From NCBI GenBank assembly GCA_036734945.1, contig DAIMXP010000023.1, positions 1 to 64,000 on the forward strand: a stretch of DNA of 64,000 nucleotides, written 5' to 3'. The notes under the pieces were generated by a model. It saw only the letters and a list, made by a program, of their open reading frames with translations, was not told where the DNA came from and did no database searches. This DNA is from Chloroflexota bacterium (GTDB lineage: Bacteria; Chloroflexota; UBA4733). The translations under genes were made by a program, and so were the position numbers. Shown here piece by piece: positions 1 through 9,111 of this stretch. Numbering within the stretch: position 1 is the first letter of the stretch; the number at the start of each line of letters is the position of its first letter.

Positions 1-27
1 ACCACCGCTCGCTCGCTCGTCCCGCCT

Positions 28-666
28 ATGCTTCAACTCAGACAGCCTCCTAGCAGCCCCCAACCCGAACCCCATCCTCTGCCGCCACCTGATCTTCGGC
101 AGCAGACGTTACCGCTGCTGGAACAAACCCAAGTTTGGCTTCGCCTGCATGAGCGGGTACACAACGCGCTCTACTGGGGACGCAATCCTGGGCGGAAGTA
201 CCCTGCCCGCTTTGACGATCCTGAACAGCGGTATGGCGTACTCTACGCCGGAAGCGATGAACATTGCGCCTTCATTGAAACCTTCGGGCACATCACCGGG
301 CTGCGCACGGTGGGCTGGGGCGACGTGCAACGCTATGCCCTGTGCCGAATCGTGATCGACCGTCCGTTGCAACTGGTCGACTTGACAGGTTCGGGTCTCG
401 CCCAATTGGGCGCGGATGCCCGGCTGTTTGCTGGTGAGTACGCGACCGCCCAACAATGGTCCCGCGCTTTCTACAAACATCCAGCGCAACCTGATGGCGT
501 CTACTATCCGTCGCGACATGACCCCAGTCGACAATGCCTCGCTCTCTTCGACCGCGCCGAGCCACACGTTTCCGCACTATCGACCGGGAACCTTACAGCG
601 CTGACGCACCGCCTATTGCTCTGCCGAATTCTCAACACGTATAGGTTCGGTGTCCATCGCCAGTAA
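28..666 (+). CDS. RES domain-containing protein, the likely toxin half of an Xre/RES-type toxin-antitoxin pair whose partner would lie upstream of the window
   Basis: 212-aa ORF. Motifs GRNPGRKYPARF, RYGVLYAGSDEHCAFIETF and YYPSRHDP match the conserved Arg/Glu/Ser positions of RES domains. A hairpin terminator follows at 743-769. Confidence 0.5.
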   Translation: MLQLRQPPSSPQPEPHPLPPPDLRQQTLPLLEQTQVWLRLHERVHNALYWGRNPGRKYPARFDDPEQRYGVLYAGSDEHCAFIETFGHITGLRTVGWGDVQRYALCRIVIDRPLQLVDLTGSGLAQLGADARLFAGEYATAQQWSRAFYKHPAQPDGVYYPSRHDPSRQCLALFDRAEPHVSALSTGNLTALTHRLLLCRILNTYRFGVHRQ

Positions 667-742
667 TGCGGCTAACAGCATGTGCCAGGTCAAAACTTGG
701 AGCGCCATGTCGGCTCTCGGCGGACGCGCTCCAAAAAGGAAA

Positions 743-769
743 GGGCCGGAGCGTTGCCGCTCCGGCCCC
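743..769 (+). terminator. GC-rich stem-loop downstream of the RES gene (11-bp perfect stem GGGCCGGAGCG/CGCTCCGGCCC, loop TTGC), a candidate intrinsic terminator without a T-tract
   Basis: Perfect inverted repeat read directly from the sequence. High-GC genomes often lack the U-tract. Confidence 0.35.
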
Positions 770-933
770 CGGTGCAGGGCGCCTCGCTGTGGGGGCGAGG
801 TGGAGGAGGGTAGGGTCTAAATCGTACCTTCACCGAACTTGAGTCTACCCCTAGTGTCTAAATTTGCTGTGAACTTCAAGGTAAAGACTTTGCAGCCAAC
901 AGGTGTGACCTGCCGCGCGCGCCTCGACGTGCT

Positions 934-1836
934 ATGCTGCCGCCGCGGCCGTCGGGACCGCTGAAACAGGGTCAGGAGGTGGTGACGACGCGCATTGTTG
1001 TGACCGGTGGCGCCGGGCGTATCGGCGCCTGGGTGGTGAAAGAGCTGCAGGATGACTACGAGGTCGTCATCTTTGACCGCACGCGACCCCAGGAGCGACT
1101 CAAGGCCCGTATCGTCCTGGGGGATCACGCCGACCTCGGGCAACTTTGTGAGGCTTGTGCCGGCGCTGCGGCGATCCTACACCTCTCCGCCATCCCCGGA
1201 CTGGGGCCGCAGACCGATGCCGTGGTCTTCCAGACCAATGTGCTCGGTACCTATGCCATTCATCAGGCCGCCGCCCTGTTGGGCATCGACACGGTTGTCT
1301 CCACCAGTTCCCAGTCGGCCTACGGCTGGGCCTGGGGGAAGCGAGACTTCCTGCCAAAGTATCTGCCCGTTGATGAAGATCATCCCGACGAACCCGATGA
1401 GGCCTACGGCCTTTCCAAGGTGGTGGGTGAACAGATTGCCTGGTCCTTCCACCGCAAGACGGGTATGCGCACCCTTGTGCTGCGTCCGCCGCTGGTGTTG
1501 CTGCCGGGCGACTACGCGAGGGTCCTGCAGTCGTCCGCCGCGCGGCGCTGGCGCGACACGCTGTTCAGTTATGTCGATGTGCGCGACCTGGCACGAGCGT
1601 TCCGGCTGGCGCTGGAGCGGCGCGAGGTGGTCTGCGACGCCTTCAACGTGGCCGCCGACGATGCGCTGGCGGAGGAACCGCTGAGCGAACTGTTGCCGCG
1701 CCTCGAGCCGCGCCTGGCGCCACTGGCCAGCAAGTTGAGCGGCAACCAGCCGATGGTGAGCAACGCCAAGATCAAGCGACTGCTGGGCTGGACGCCGCAA
1801 CATTCCTGGCAAGACGAGGAGCCGCGCGGCGTCTAG
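934..1836 (+). CDS. NAD-dependent epimerase/dehydratase family protein
   Basis: N-terminal Rossmann motif VVTGGAGRIGAWVVKEL and a catalytic YxxxK (EAYGLSKVV). About 300 aa. Confidence 0.7.
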   Translation: MLPPRPSGPLKQGQEVVTTRIVVTGGAGRIGAWVVKELQDDYEVVIFDRTRPQERLKARIVLGDHADLGQLCEACAGAAAILHLSAIPGLGPQTDAVVFQTNVLGTYAIHQAAALLGIDTVVSTSSQSAYGWAWGKRDFLPKYLPVDEDHPDEPDEAYGLSKVVGEQIAWSFHRKTGMRTLVLRPPLVLLPGDYARVLQSSAARRWRDTLFSYVDVRDLARAFRLALERREVVCDAFNVAADDALAEEPLSELLPRLEPRLAPLASKLSGNQPMVSNAKIKRLLGWTPQHSWQDEEPRGV

Positions 1837-1858
1837 CATCGGTGCCAGAGGAGGACGC

Positions 1859-3148
1859 ATGGCTGGGCAGATCCCGAATCTGAGCGTCGAGCGTCGGCGC
1901 CTTTTCGCCCTGCTCTTCGGCATCAACACGTTGAACTATGCCGACCGCTATACCTTGCCGGCGGTGGTACCGCTGCTGGCGGTGAGCGTCGGTCTCAGCG
2001 ATACGCAGCTCGGCCTGCTGGGCACTGCCTTTCTGCTCATTTACGCCATCGCTGCCTTACCGTTGGGGTCCCTGGCCGATCGCCGTTCGCGCACCCGGAT
2101 CGTCGGCGGCGGTGTCGCTCTGTGGAGTGTCGCCACGGCGCTGACCGCGCTCTGCCGCAGCTTCCCGCAACTCTTCGCGGTACGGGCACTGCTCGGCATC
2201 GGCGAGGCGTCCTACTTCCCCGCCTCCAACAGCATGCTGGCCGACGCCTTCCCCCAGGCCCGCCGCGCGCGCGTCATGGCCTGGTGGGGTGCGGCGCTGC
2301 CCCTGGGCGTCTTTCTCGGCTACGCCGCCGGTGGCCTGATTGGTCAACGTTTCGGCTGGCAGGCGGCCTTTTTAGTGGTCGGCATCCCCGGGCTGATCCT
2401 GGCCGCCCTCGTCTGGCGCACCAGGGAGCCTCGGCGCGGGGAGAGCGAGGGCCTGCTGGCCGCCACGGTCCGGTCCGAGGGAGACCCCTTTGCCTTTCGC
2501 CTGTTGCGTATTCCGACGGTGTCCTTTGCCATCGCCTCGCAAGTATTCGCCTATTTCGTCCTGAGCGGCCTCGGCTTCTGGCTCACCACCTACCTCGTGC
2601 GCCATTACCACCTCGGCACCGGCAGCGCCGGCGTCATTGCCGGGGCACTCTTCGTGGTAGGAGGAGGCATCGGCACGGTGGCGGGCGGCTATCTGGCCGA
2701 CCACCTGTTGCCACGCCAACCGGCGGCACGCCTGCTGGTGCCGGGGGTAGGCCTGATCGCCAGCGGTGTCGCTATCGCCGCCGGACTCCTGGCGCCGACA
2801 CTGCTGCTCTTTCTGGTGATCTACACCCTGGCCGGTGCGCTGGTCTCCCTGCCCAGCGCACCGCTCTCCGCACTTTTCCAGGACGTGGTGGCGCCGGCTG
2901 TGCGGGCTAGAGTCGTCGCGCTATCGCTCCTGCTTGCCCACCTCTTCGGCGATGCCTTCTCTCCGTCTCTGATCGGCGCTGTCTCGGACCGTCTGGGCGG
3001 TGCGAACGGTGGCGGACTGGACAAGGCGCTCTGGCTGATGCCGGTAGCAGCGATCATCTCCGGGATTATCGCCCTGGCCGGGTGCCGCTACGTGGCCGCG
3101 GACCGCGCGAGGATGCTGGGAGCTCTAAGCCTCATTCCCCTTATGTAA
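1859..3148 (+). CDS. MFS transporter
   Basis: 429 aa with about 12 predicted hydrophobic helices and MFS motif A-like GSLADRRSRTRIV. A GGAGG-like RBS lies upstream. Confidence 0.7.
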   Translation: MAGQIPNLSVERRRLFALLFGINTLNYADRYTLPAVVPLLAVSVGLSDTQLGLLGTAFLLIYAIAALPLGSLADRRSRTRIVGGGVALWSVATALTALCRSFPQLFAVRALLGIGEASYFPASNSMLADAFPQARRARVMAWWGAALPLGVFLGYAAGGLIGQRFGWQAAFLVVGIPGLILAALVWRTREPRRGESEGLLAATVRSEGDPFAFRLLRIPTVSFAIASQVFAYFVLSGLGFWLTTYLVRHYHLGTGSAGVIAGALFVVGGGIGTVAGGYLADHLLPRQPAARLLVPGVGLIASGVAIAAGLLAPTLLLFLVIYTLAGALVSLPSAPLSALFQDVVAPAVRARVVALSLLLAHLFGDAFSPSLIGAVSDRLGGANGGGLDKALWLMPVAAIISGIIALAGCRYVAADRARMLGALSLIPLM

Positions 3149-3169
3149 AGGGGAGTGGTCTGAGCCAGG

Positions 3170-4456
3170 ATGGAGGCTATTCGGATGCACGCAAGCGATT
3201 CCGTCACGGGCAGACAGAAGCCGGCTGCGGAAGCGACCAGCGGCGGAAAGGGCTGGCTGGGTGCGGCCGGTTGGTACAGCGTGGCCAGCCTGGGGGCCGG
3301 CTTCTTCTACGCCTTCAACAACTTCACGCTGCCCTTGGTGCTCGGCGCAATGACCTCGAACGCCACGCTGATCGGCCTGTTGAGCAGCACGCGCTCGATC
3401 GAAGGCGTCGTCATCCAGCCGACCATCGGCGCCTGGAGCGACCGCGTCTGGACGCCGCTCGGTCGGCGGCGGATTTTTATGGCGGTCGGCCTGCCGATCT
3501 CTGCGTTCTTCTTTGTCGTGGCGGCGCAGGTCCACACGCTGCCGCTGCTGGTCGCGGCGATCGTCCTCTTTTCGCTGCTGTTCAATGCGGCGATCGACCC
3601 GTATAACGCGCTGCTGGCCGACCTCTTTTCGCCGGAGCGGCGCAGCGTGGTCAACGGCCTGGCGACCGTCGTCCAGTTCGTTGGCCAGGTGGCGATGCTG
3701 CTCCTGGCGGCGCAACTCTCCGGCAACACCGTGCCGCCGGTCGTCTTCTATGTCGTCGCGGGCGGCATGCTCGTCACGGCGGCAATCACGATCAGCCGCA
3801 TCCGCGAACCGCGCCACCTGACCGCGCATGCCGCCTTACCGGACGAGCGAACTGCCGTCACCTTTCGGGAGTACGTCGGCCACCTGACCGCCAATCGCAT
3901 GGCGTTGCGCTATCTCGTCTGCTTGTTCTTCTTCAACTTCGGCGTCAACGCCATCCTCCCCTTCCTGACGCTGTTCGCCGAGCGGGTGATCCACACTGAC
4001 GCGCGGGTGGCCCAGCTGCTTTCCGTCCCCTTGCTGGTGTCGGCCGGCCTCTTTGTCCTGCCGGCCGGACTGCTGGCGGCACGCATCGGGCGGAAGCCGG
4101 TCCTGGCTGGGGGCATCCTGCTGCTGGCCGTGACCGCCCTCGGCGGGCTGGTGATCCAGACGGCCCCTCAGACTGTGCTGATCGTTATCCTCGCCGGCGT
4201 GGCCAATGCCGCCATCAGCGCCACCAACTGGCCCCTCCTCACCGAACTGATCCCGGCCGATGAGGTCGGCGTCTTTGCCGGCATCAAGACCGCCTTCGAA
4301 TCGGTAGCGATCCCGGTCTCCGCCATCGTCGCCGGGGCGCTGATCGGCCACTGGGGCTACCGCGCCATCTTCGGCGTGCTGACGTTCGGGGCAGTTATTG
4401 CCGTGCTCGTGCTGTCGACCGTCGTCCTACCCGGCGACACAGCCGACGGTGAATGA
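3170..4456 (+). CDS. MFS transporter, a candidate lysophospholipid transporter LplT analogue by position upstream of the Aas-like gene
   Basis: 428 aa and polytopic, with motif GAWSDRVWTPLGRRRIF. Adjacency to an acyl-ACP synthetase/acyltransferase gene mirrors the E. coli lplT-aas operon. Confidence 0.65.
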   Translation: MEAIRMHASDSVTGRQKPAAEATSGGKGWLGAAGWYSVASLGAGFFYAFNNFTLPLVLGAMTSNATLIGLLSSTRSIEGVVIQPTIGAWSDRVWTPLGRRRIFMAVGLPISAFFFVVAAQVHTLPLLVAAIVLFSLLFNAAIDPYNALLADLFSPERRSVVNGLATVVQFVGQVAMLLLAAQLSGNTVPPVVFYVVAGGMLVTAAITISRIREPRHLTAHAALPDERTAVTFREYVGHLTANRMALRYLVCLFFFNFGVNAILPFLTLFAERVIHTDARVAQLLSVPLLVSAGLFVLPAGLLAARIGRKPVLAGGILLLAVTALGGLVIQTAPQTVLIVILAGVANAAISATNWPLLTELIPADEVGVFAGIKTAFESVAIPVSAIVAGALIGHWGYRAIFGVLTFGAVIAVLVLSTVVLPGDTADGE

Positions 4457-4491
4457 CTTGATTGACGAACTGTTGCCAACGTCTGGTGCAG

Positions 4492-4683
4492 GGAGGCCCC
4501 CACTCTGCCTTCGGCATCTCGCCCCCAGGCGTTGGGGCGAGCCAAGGTCAAAGTATTGCGGCAATGGCACGGTGGACAGGAGGCATCCACTCTGGGTTCC
4601 AGGATCCCAGCGCCGCAACACCTCGATACTGGCTCGCCCCCACGCATGGGGGCGAGATGCCGAAGGCAGAGTGGGGGCCTCCT
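4492..4683. repeat. Long nested inverted repeat (about 52-bp arms GGAGGCCCCCACTCTGCCTTCGGCATCTCGCCCCCAGGCGTTGGGGCGAGCC, about 85-bp spacer), a palindromic MITE-like element in the 5' region of the ligase gene
   Basis: The arms are reverse complements of each other with 2 mismatches. Each arm also holds an internal hairpin CTCGCCCCC...GGGGGCGAG. Confidence 0.6.
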
Positions 4684-4751
4684 CCGGTCAGGACCGCGAG
4701 TTCGCCCACAAGCTCGTCCAACGTCGAGTCACCATCTAAGGAGACCAACCT

Positions 4752-7343
4752 ATGTTCATTCATCTCTATTCCCTTGTCCTCCGCCGTGCTACCGCGTATC
4801 CCGAGTCGGTTGCTTTCGGCGGACAGGACGGCTTGAACTGGCGCACGCTCGATGGCCGGCAGGTGCGGGATCTGACCGACATCCTGGCAAATGAACTCGC
4901 CACACGTGGTGTGACCGCAGGGGACCGTGTTGTGCTCTGGATGCCGAACCACTGGCGTACGCCGCTCTATTTCTTCGCGCTCTGGAAGCTGGGGGCGGTG
5001 GCAGTACCGTTCGACCGGGAGATGAACCCGGACGCCGCCGGTCGCATCGTCGATTCGGTAGCGCCGCGGCTGCTGATCAGCGGCTATGGCGAACGACCCG
5101 TCTGGTCGGAGCGACCCTACCGAGCGGAGTGGTGGGAACCGGGCAGCGAGCGACGCGATTCCGCTGCAGCGACGGCGAACGTCTGGACGCCGCCGAACGA
5201 GGAACTGGCCTTCATCGTCTTCACGTCGGGCACGACTGGTCAGCCGAAGGGCTGCATGATTACCCACGCCAACCTGTGTTCTCAGATCGACGCCTTTCCA
5301 GATCGCGTGCCGCTGGACACGACTTGCCGCCTGGCGAGCATTCTGCCCCTTTCCCACCTGTTCGAGATCACCGGCGGGCTCCTCTATCCCTTCTCCGTCG
5401 GCGCGGCCATCCACTACATACCCAGTCGGCGTGGACCGGACATTGTGCGGGTGCTGGCCGAGCAGAGGATCACCCACATGATCGCCGTACCCCAGTTGTT
5501 GACCTTGATGGGCCGGGGCCTGGAGCAACAACTTGCCGCCGCTATACCGGCGCCGCTCCACAAGGCCCTGAACGCCGTGGCGCCCCGTTTGCCACTGGCC
5601 TTCCGACACGCGCTGTTTACATCCGTTCACCGCAAGATCGGCGGCAAGCTGCGCCTGATCCTCTCCGGCGGCGCCGCCTTGCCGCTCGAGACGCAGCGCC
5701 TCTGGGCACGCCTCGGCGTCCGCGTGACACAAGGCTATGGCGCCAGCGAGTGCTCTCCGGTCATCGCCGTTGGCAACGCCGATGGCAGCACGCCGGTCGG
5801 CAGCGTCGGCAAACCCCTGCGCAATGTCGAGGTCAGATCGAGCCCGGACGGCGAGATTCTCGTCAAGGGTCCCAACGTGATGCGCGGCTACTGGCAGGAC
5901 CCGGAGTACACGGCCGAGGTCATGCGCGATGGCTGGTACGCTACCGGCGACCTGGCGACCCAGGACCCGGCAGGCAATCTGGTACTCACGGGTCGGGCCA
6001 AGGAATTGATCGTCCTACCGTCCGGGATGAATGTCTGGCCGCAGGACGTCGAAGACGTCTTGCGTACACAACCGGAGGTGGCGGACGCGGTGGTGCTGAC
6101 CGTGCCAACCGCCAACGGCGGCGTCAGCCTGCATGCCTACCTGCTGCCGAGCCGCCCAAGTGAGGGTGGCGCCGACCTGACCGGCATCGTGCGCCGCAGC
6201 AACAGCCACCTGGCGCAGCACCAGCGCCTGGCCGGCGCTTCCTGGTGGACCGAGCCGGACTTCCCGCGTACCGCGCTGGGAAAGGTCCGGCGTGCTGCAC
6301 TGCCCGCCCCATCGGCGCCAACAACGGGGGCACTGCCGGCTGCGCCGGTCGACGATGACCTCGTGACCCAGGCGATTGCCGGTGTTGCTCGCGTCGCCGC
6401 CGTGCGCGATGACCAGACGCTCGGCGATCTCGGCCTGGACAGCCTTGCCCTGGTCGAGTTGGCGCAAGCCCTGGAGGAAAAGACGGGCAAGGCTGTTACC
6501 GATGGCGATCTCCGGCTGGACATGACCGTGCCGGCAGTGCGCGAGCTAATCGCGCAGGCGCCAGGCAGCGAGGAAGGGTCAGGAGCGGCTGCCGCCGGCA
6601 AAGACGTACCGCTCTGGCCCTATACCTGGGGACGCGCCTTCCGGCGCCTCAGCCTGCCGCTCGACCTGCTCTACCAGGCAAGCGTGACGCGCACCATCGT
6701 CCTCGGCGCCGAAAACCTGAGCAAGCTGCCGCCCCGCCTGATCGTGGCCGGCACGCACCACGGCTTCGCCGACCTGCCGTTAGTCCGCCAGGGACTCGCC
6801 CGCACGCCGGCACGCCGGCTGGTCCGGCGGCTGGCGATCACCACCGGCGCCGAGATCTTCGGGCAGGCCGGGCCGCTGGCCTACATCGCCATGCTTGCCT
6901 TCGGTCTCTATCCGCTGGAGCAGTACGGCCACCGCGACAGCAGCCTGCGCCGCCTGGCCCCGGTGGCGGCGGCCGGGAACGCCGTGCTGATCTTCCCCCA
7001 GGGCCACCACATCAGACCGGCAGCCGAGCAAGCCGGCGACCCGGAAGCCGCCTTCCGGCCCGGCGTCGCCCACCTGGCTGCTGCCCTCGACGCGGCGGTC
7101 ATACCGTTCGGCCTCGCCGGCACCGAACGGGTGATACCGCCGTTCCTGGACGAGTACCACGGCCTGGTCATCGCCAAGATTCCGGTTGCCATCACGCGCG
7201 GTCCGCTCGCCATCGCCTTCGGCGCTCCTCTGACGCTGCAGCCCAGCGAAACGCCACAGTCCTTCACCCAACGGCTGCAGGCAACGTGCTTTGCGCTGGC
7301 GAAAGCAGCCGAGACGGAGCTGGTTGGCTGCGCCAATCGCTAG
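4752..7343 (+). CDS. Trifunctional acyl-AMP ligase / acyl carrier domain / lysophospholipid acyltransferase (Aas-like) protein, with domain order opposite to E. coli Aas
   Basis: AMP-binding motifs FIVFTSGTTGQPKGCMITHANL and GWYATGDLA. The PP-binding site is DQTLGDLGLDSLALVELAQALEEKTG. The PlsC-type HX4D is AGTHHGFADLPLV, with FPQG downstream. Strong RBS AAGGAGA. Confidence 0.75.
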   Translation: MFIHLYSLVLRRATAYPESVAFGGQDGLNWRTLDGRQVRDLTDILANELATRGVTAGDRVVLWMPNHWRTPLYFFALWKLGAVAVPFDREMNPDAAGRIVDSVAPRLLISGYGERPVWSERPYRAEWWEPGSERRDSAAATANVWTPPNEELAFIVFTSGTTGQPKGCMITHANLCSQIDAFPDRVPLDTTCRLASILPLSHLFEITGGLLYPFSVGAAIHYIPSRRGPDIVRVLAEQRITHMIAVPQLLTLMGRGLEQQLAAAIPAPLHKALNAVAPRLPLAFRHALFTSVHRKIGGKLRLILSGGAALPLETQRLWARLGVRVTQGYGASECSPVIAVGNADGSTPVGSVGKPLRNVEVRSSPDGEILVKGPNVMRGYWQDPEYTAEVMRDGWYATGDLATQDPAGNLVLTGRAKELIVLPSGMNVWPQDVEDVLRTQPEVADAVVLTVPTANGGVSLHAYLLPSRPSEGGADLTGIVRRSNSHLAQHQRLAGASWWTEPDFPRTALGKVRRAALPAPSAPTTGALPAAPVDDDLVTQAIAGVARVAAVRDDQTLGDLGLDSLALVELAQALEEKTGKAVTDGDLRLDMTVPAVRELIAQAPGSEEGSGAAAAGKDVPLWPYTWGRAFRRLSLPLDLLYQASVTRTIVLGAENLSKLPPRLIVAGTHHGFADLPLVRQGLARTPARRLVRRLAITTGAEIFGQAGPLAYIAMLAFGLYPLEQYGHRDSSLRRLAPVAAAGNAVLIFPQGHHIRPAAEQAGDPEAAFRPGVAHLAAALDAAVIPFGLAGTERVIPPFLDEYHGLVIAKIPVAITRGPLAIAFGAPLTLQPSETPQSFTQRLQATCFALAKAAETELVGCANR

Positions 7344-7385
7344 GTTGTGCATCCGATAAGGACCGGTCAGTTCGCACCGCACGCC

Positions 7386-7531
7386 CGGCGACTGAAGTCG
7401 CGGGCTACAGCGGGCGAAGTCCGCCTTCGCGGACTGGACGCTCACCCTGAGTGTCTCGTCTCAGCCCGCGAAGGTGCCGGCAGCCGCAGGCTGACCATTG
7501 GCAAGGTTAGCCCGCGACTTCAGTCGCCGGG
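7386..7531. repeat. Family-A MITE-like palindromic element (terminal inverted repeats CCGGCGACTGAAGTCGCGGGCTA / TAGCCCGCGACTTCAGTCGCCGG), copy 1
   Basis: The terminal inverted repeats and the internal GCGAAGTCCGCCTTCGCGGACT palindrome are shared with copies at 15.7, 43.6, 45.0 and 58.5 kb. It is intergenic between convergent genes. Confidence 0.7.
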
Positions 7532-7803
7532 ACCTTTGGCGCCGATGTGCGACGAACTTGCCGGATGCACTACTACGCTACCTCGCGCACGTGTGCGACC
7601 TCCCGTTCTCTCACTGCCCGAACGGCATCAGCGGGAACGGTGACAACGGCAAGCGTCAGCCCGGAAAATGCCGTGAACTCTACCTCATAACCGGCTCCTT
7701 ACTGGTGTACCATAACGACAGTACCGACATCGTCGGCTTTCAGTCCGTTTTCGGGAATGTCTTGCGTGAGCACGGCAAACTTAAGTTCCTGAATCATTCC
7801 CTT

Positions 7804-9111
7804 TTACTCCAACGCTTCAAACGCCTCGTCTACGGCGATCAGCGTCTGGTCGATATCCTCCATCGTGTGGACCGTAGAGAGATAGAACTTCTCGTTGGGG
7901 TTCACCAGGATGCCGCGATTGAGCAGTTCAATCGCCCAGCGGAAGCCGAGGGGCTTGTCGGCTGTAAGTAAGTCCTGCCAGTTGCGCAGGGGCTGCTTCG
8001 CAGTGAAGCGCACGCCGAAGACGGCATCCTCGCCGGGACATTGGACGACGTAGCCGTGCTTGTCGCCCAGCATGCTGATGCCGGCGCGGAGACGGCTGCC
8101 GATGGCGTGGAGGTGGTCATAGGTACCCGGTTGTTCCAGCACGCCCAGTGCGGCGACACCGGCGGAGGCGCTGATCGGGTTGCCGTTGAGGGTGCCGCTG
8201 GCCCAGGCCAGCTCCTGCCGCGGTCGCTGGCGGGCATCCAATGGTGACATTACTTCTGCCTGACCGACGATGGCCGCCATGGGGAAACCGCCGGAGATGG
8301 CCTTGCCGTAGCAGGCCATGTCGGGGACGACGCCGTAGCGTTCCTGCGCCCCGCCCCAGGCGATGCGGAAGCCGGTCACCACTTCGTCGAAGATCAGCAC
8401 GATGCCGTGGCGGCTACAGGCATCGCGAATGGCGGCCAGGAAGCCCGGCTCCGGCAGCAGCACGCGTTGCAGGGGCTCCACGATCACGGCAGCCAGGTCC
8501 CCGGCATTGCGGTCGATGATCTCCACCGCCCGCTCGCTGTCGTTGAAGGGGGCGACCAGCACCAGATCGGCGATGGCCGGCGGGATACCGGCGGAATCAG
8601 GGTTGGACTGCGGGTAGGGGGATGGTCCCTCCGGCACGGTACCCCACAGGGCATAGTCGTGCATGCCGTGCCAGCCGCCCTCGAACTTGAGTATCTTCTG
8701 GCGACCGGTGAAAGCGCGGGCCACGCGCAAGGCAAAGAATGTAGCCTCCGTGCCGGAACCGGTGTAATGCACGCGCTCACCGCAGGGGATGGCCGTCACC
8801 AGCTTCTCCGCAAGACGAATCGCCGGCTCGTTCAGGAAGTAGTAGGTCGACCCCTTGCGCACCTGCGCTTCGACCGCCGCCACGATCTTGGGGTGCGCGT
8901 GCCCCAGGAACGCCGGCCCGGAACCCAGGTGGTAGTCGATGTACTCCCGGCCGTCGACCGCCGTGACCCGGCTGCCGTAGCCGGAGGCGATCACCAGGTT
9001 GACCTCAGGCGGCAGTTGGAACAACCCCAGACCGCCCCCGGCCAGCGTGTTGGCCGCGATCTCCAGCAGTTGCTGCTGGCGCTCGACGCCACTTGCAGTT
9101 ACAACCGTCAT
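7804..9111 (-). CDS. Class-III (PLP-dependent) aminotransferase, glutamate-1-semialdehyde aminomutase-like
   Basis: 435 aa. N-terminal GSRVTAVDGREYIDYHLGSGPAFLGHAHPKIVAAVEAQ and the overall length are typical of aminotransferase class III. Confidence 0.75.
   Translation of the reverse strand: MTVVTASGVERQQQLLEIAANTLAGGGLGLFQLPPEVNLVIASGYGSRVTAVDGREYIDYHLGSGPAFLGHAHPKIVAAVEAQVRKGSTYYFLNEPAIRLAEKLVTAIPCGERVHYTGSGTEATFFALRVARAFTGRQKILKFEGGWHGMHDYALWGTVPEGPSPYPQSNPDSAGIPPAIADLVLVAPFNDSERAVEIIDRNAGDLAAVIVEPLQRVLLPEPGFLAAIRDACSRHGIVLIFDEVVTGFRIAWGGAQERYGVVPDMACYGKAISGGFPMAAIVGQAEVMSPLDARQRPRQELAWASGTLNGNPISASAGVAALGVLEQPGTYDHLHAIGSRLRAGISMLGDKHGYVVQCPGEDAVFGVRFTAKQPLRNWQDLLTADKPLGFRWAIELLNRGILVNPNEKFYLSTVHTMEDIDQTLIAVDEAFEALE

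Noticed and set aside
1177-1929. Long antisense ORFs, for example 1177-1929(-), 4548-5732(-), 10474-11649(-), 15987-17264(-), 28000-29679(-), 33544-34602(-), 39545-41296(+), 58980-60230(-) and 20834-21820(+)
   Set aside because: They lie opposite strongly supported genes with clear domain motifs. Their translations are Arg/Gly/Ala-rich low-complexity sequences, as expected from GC3-biased shadow frames.
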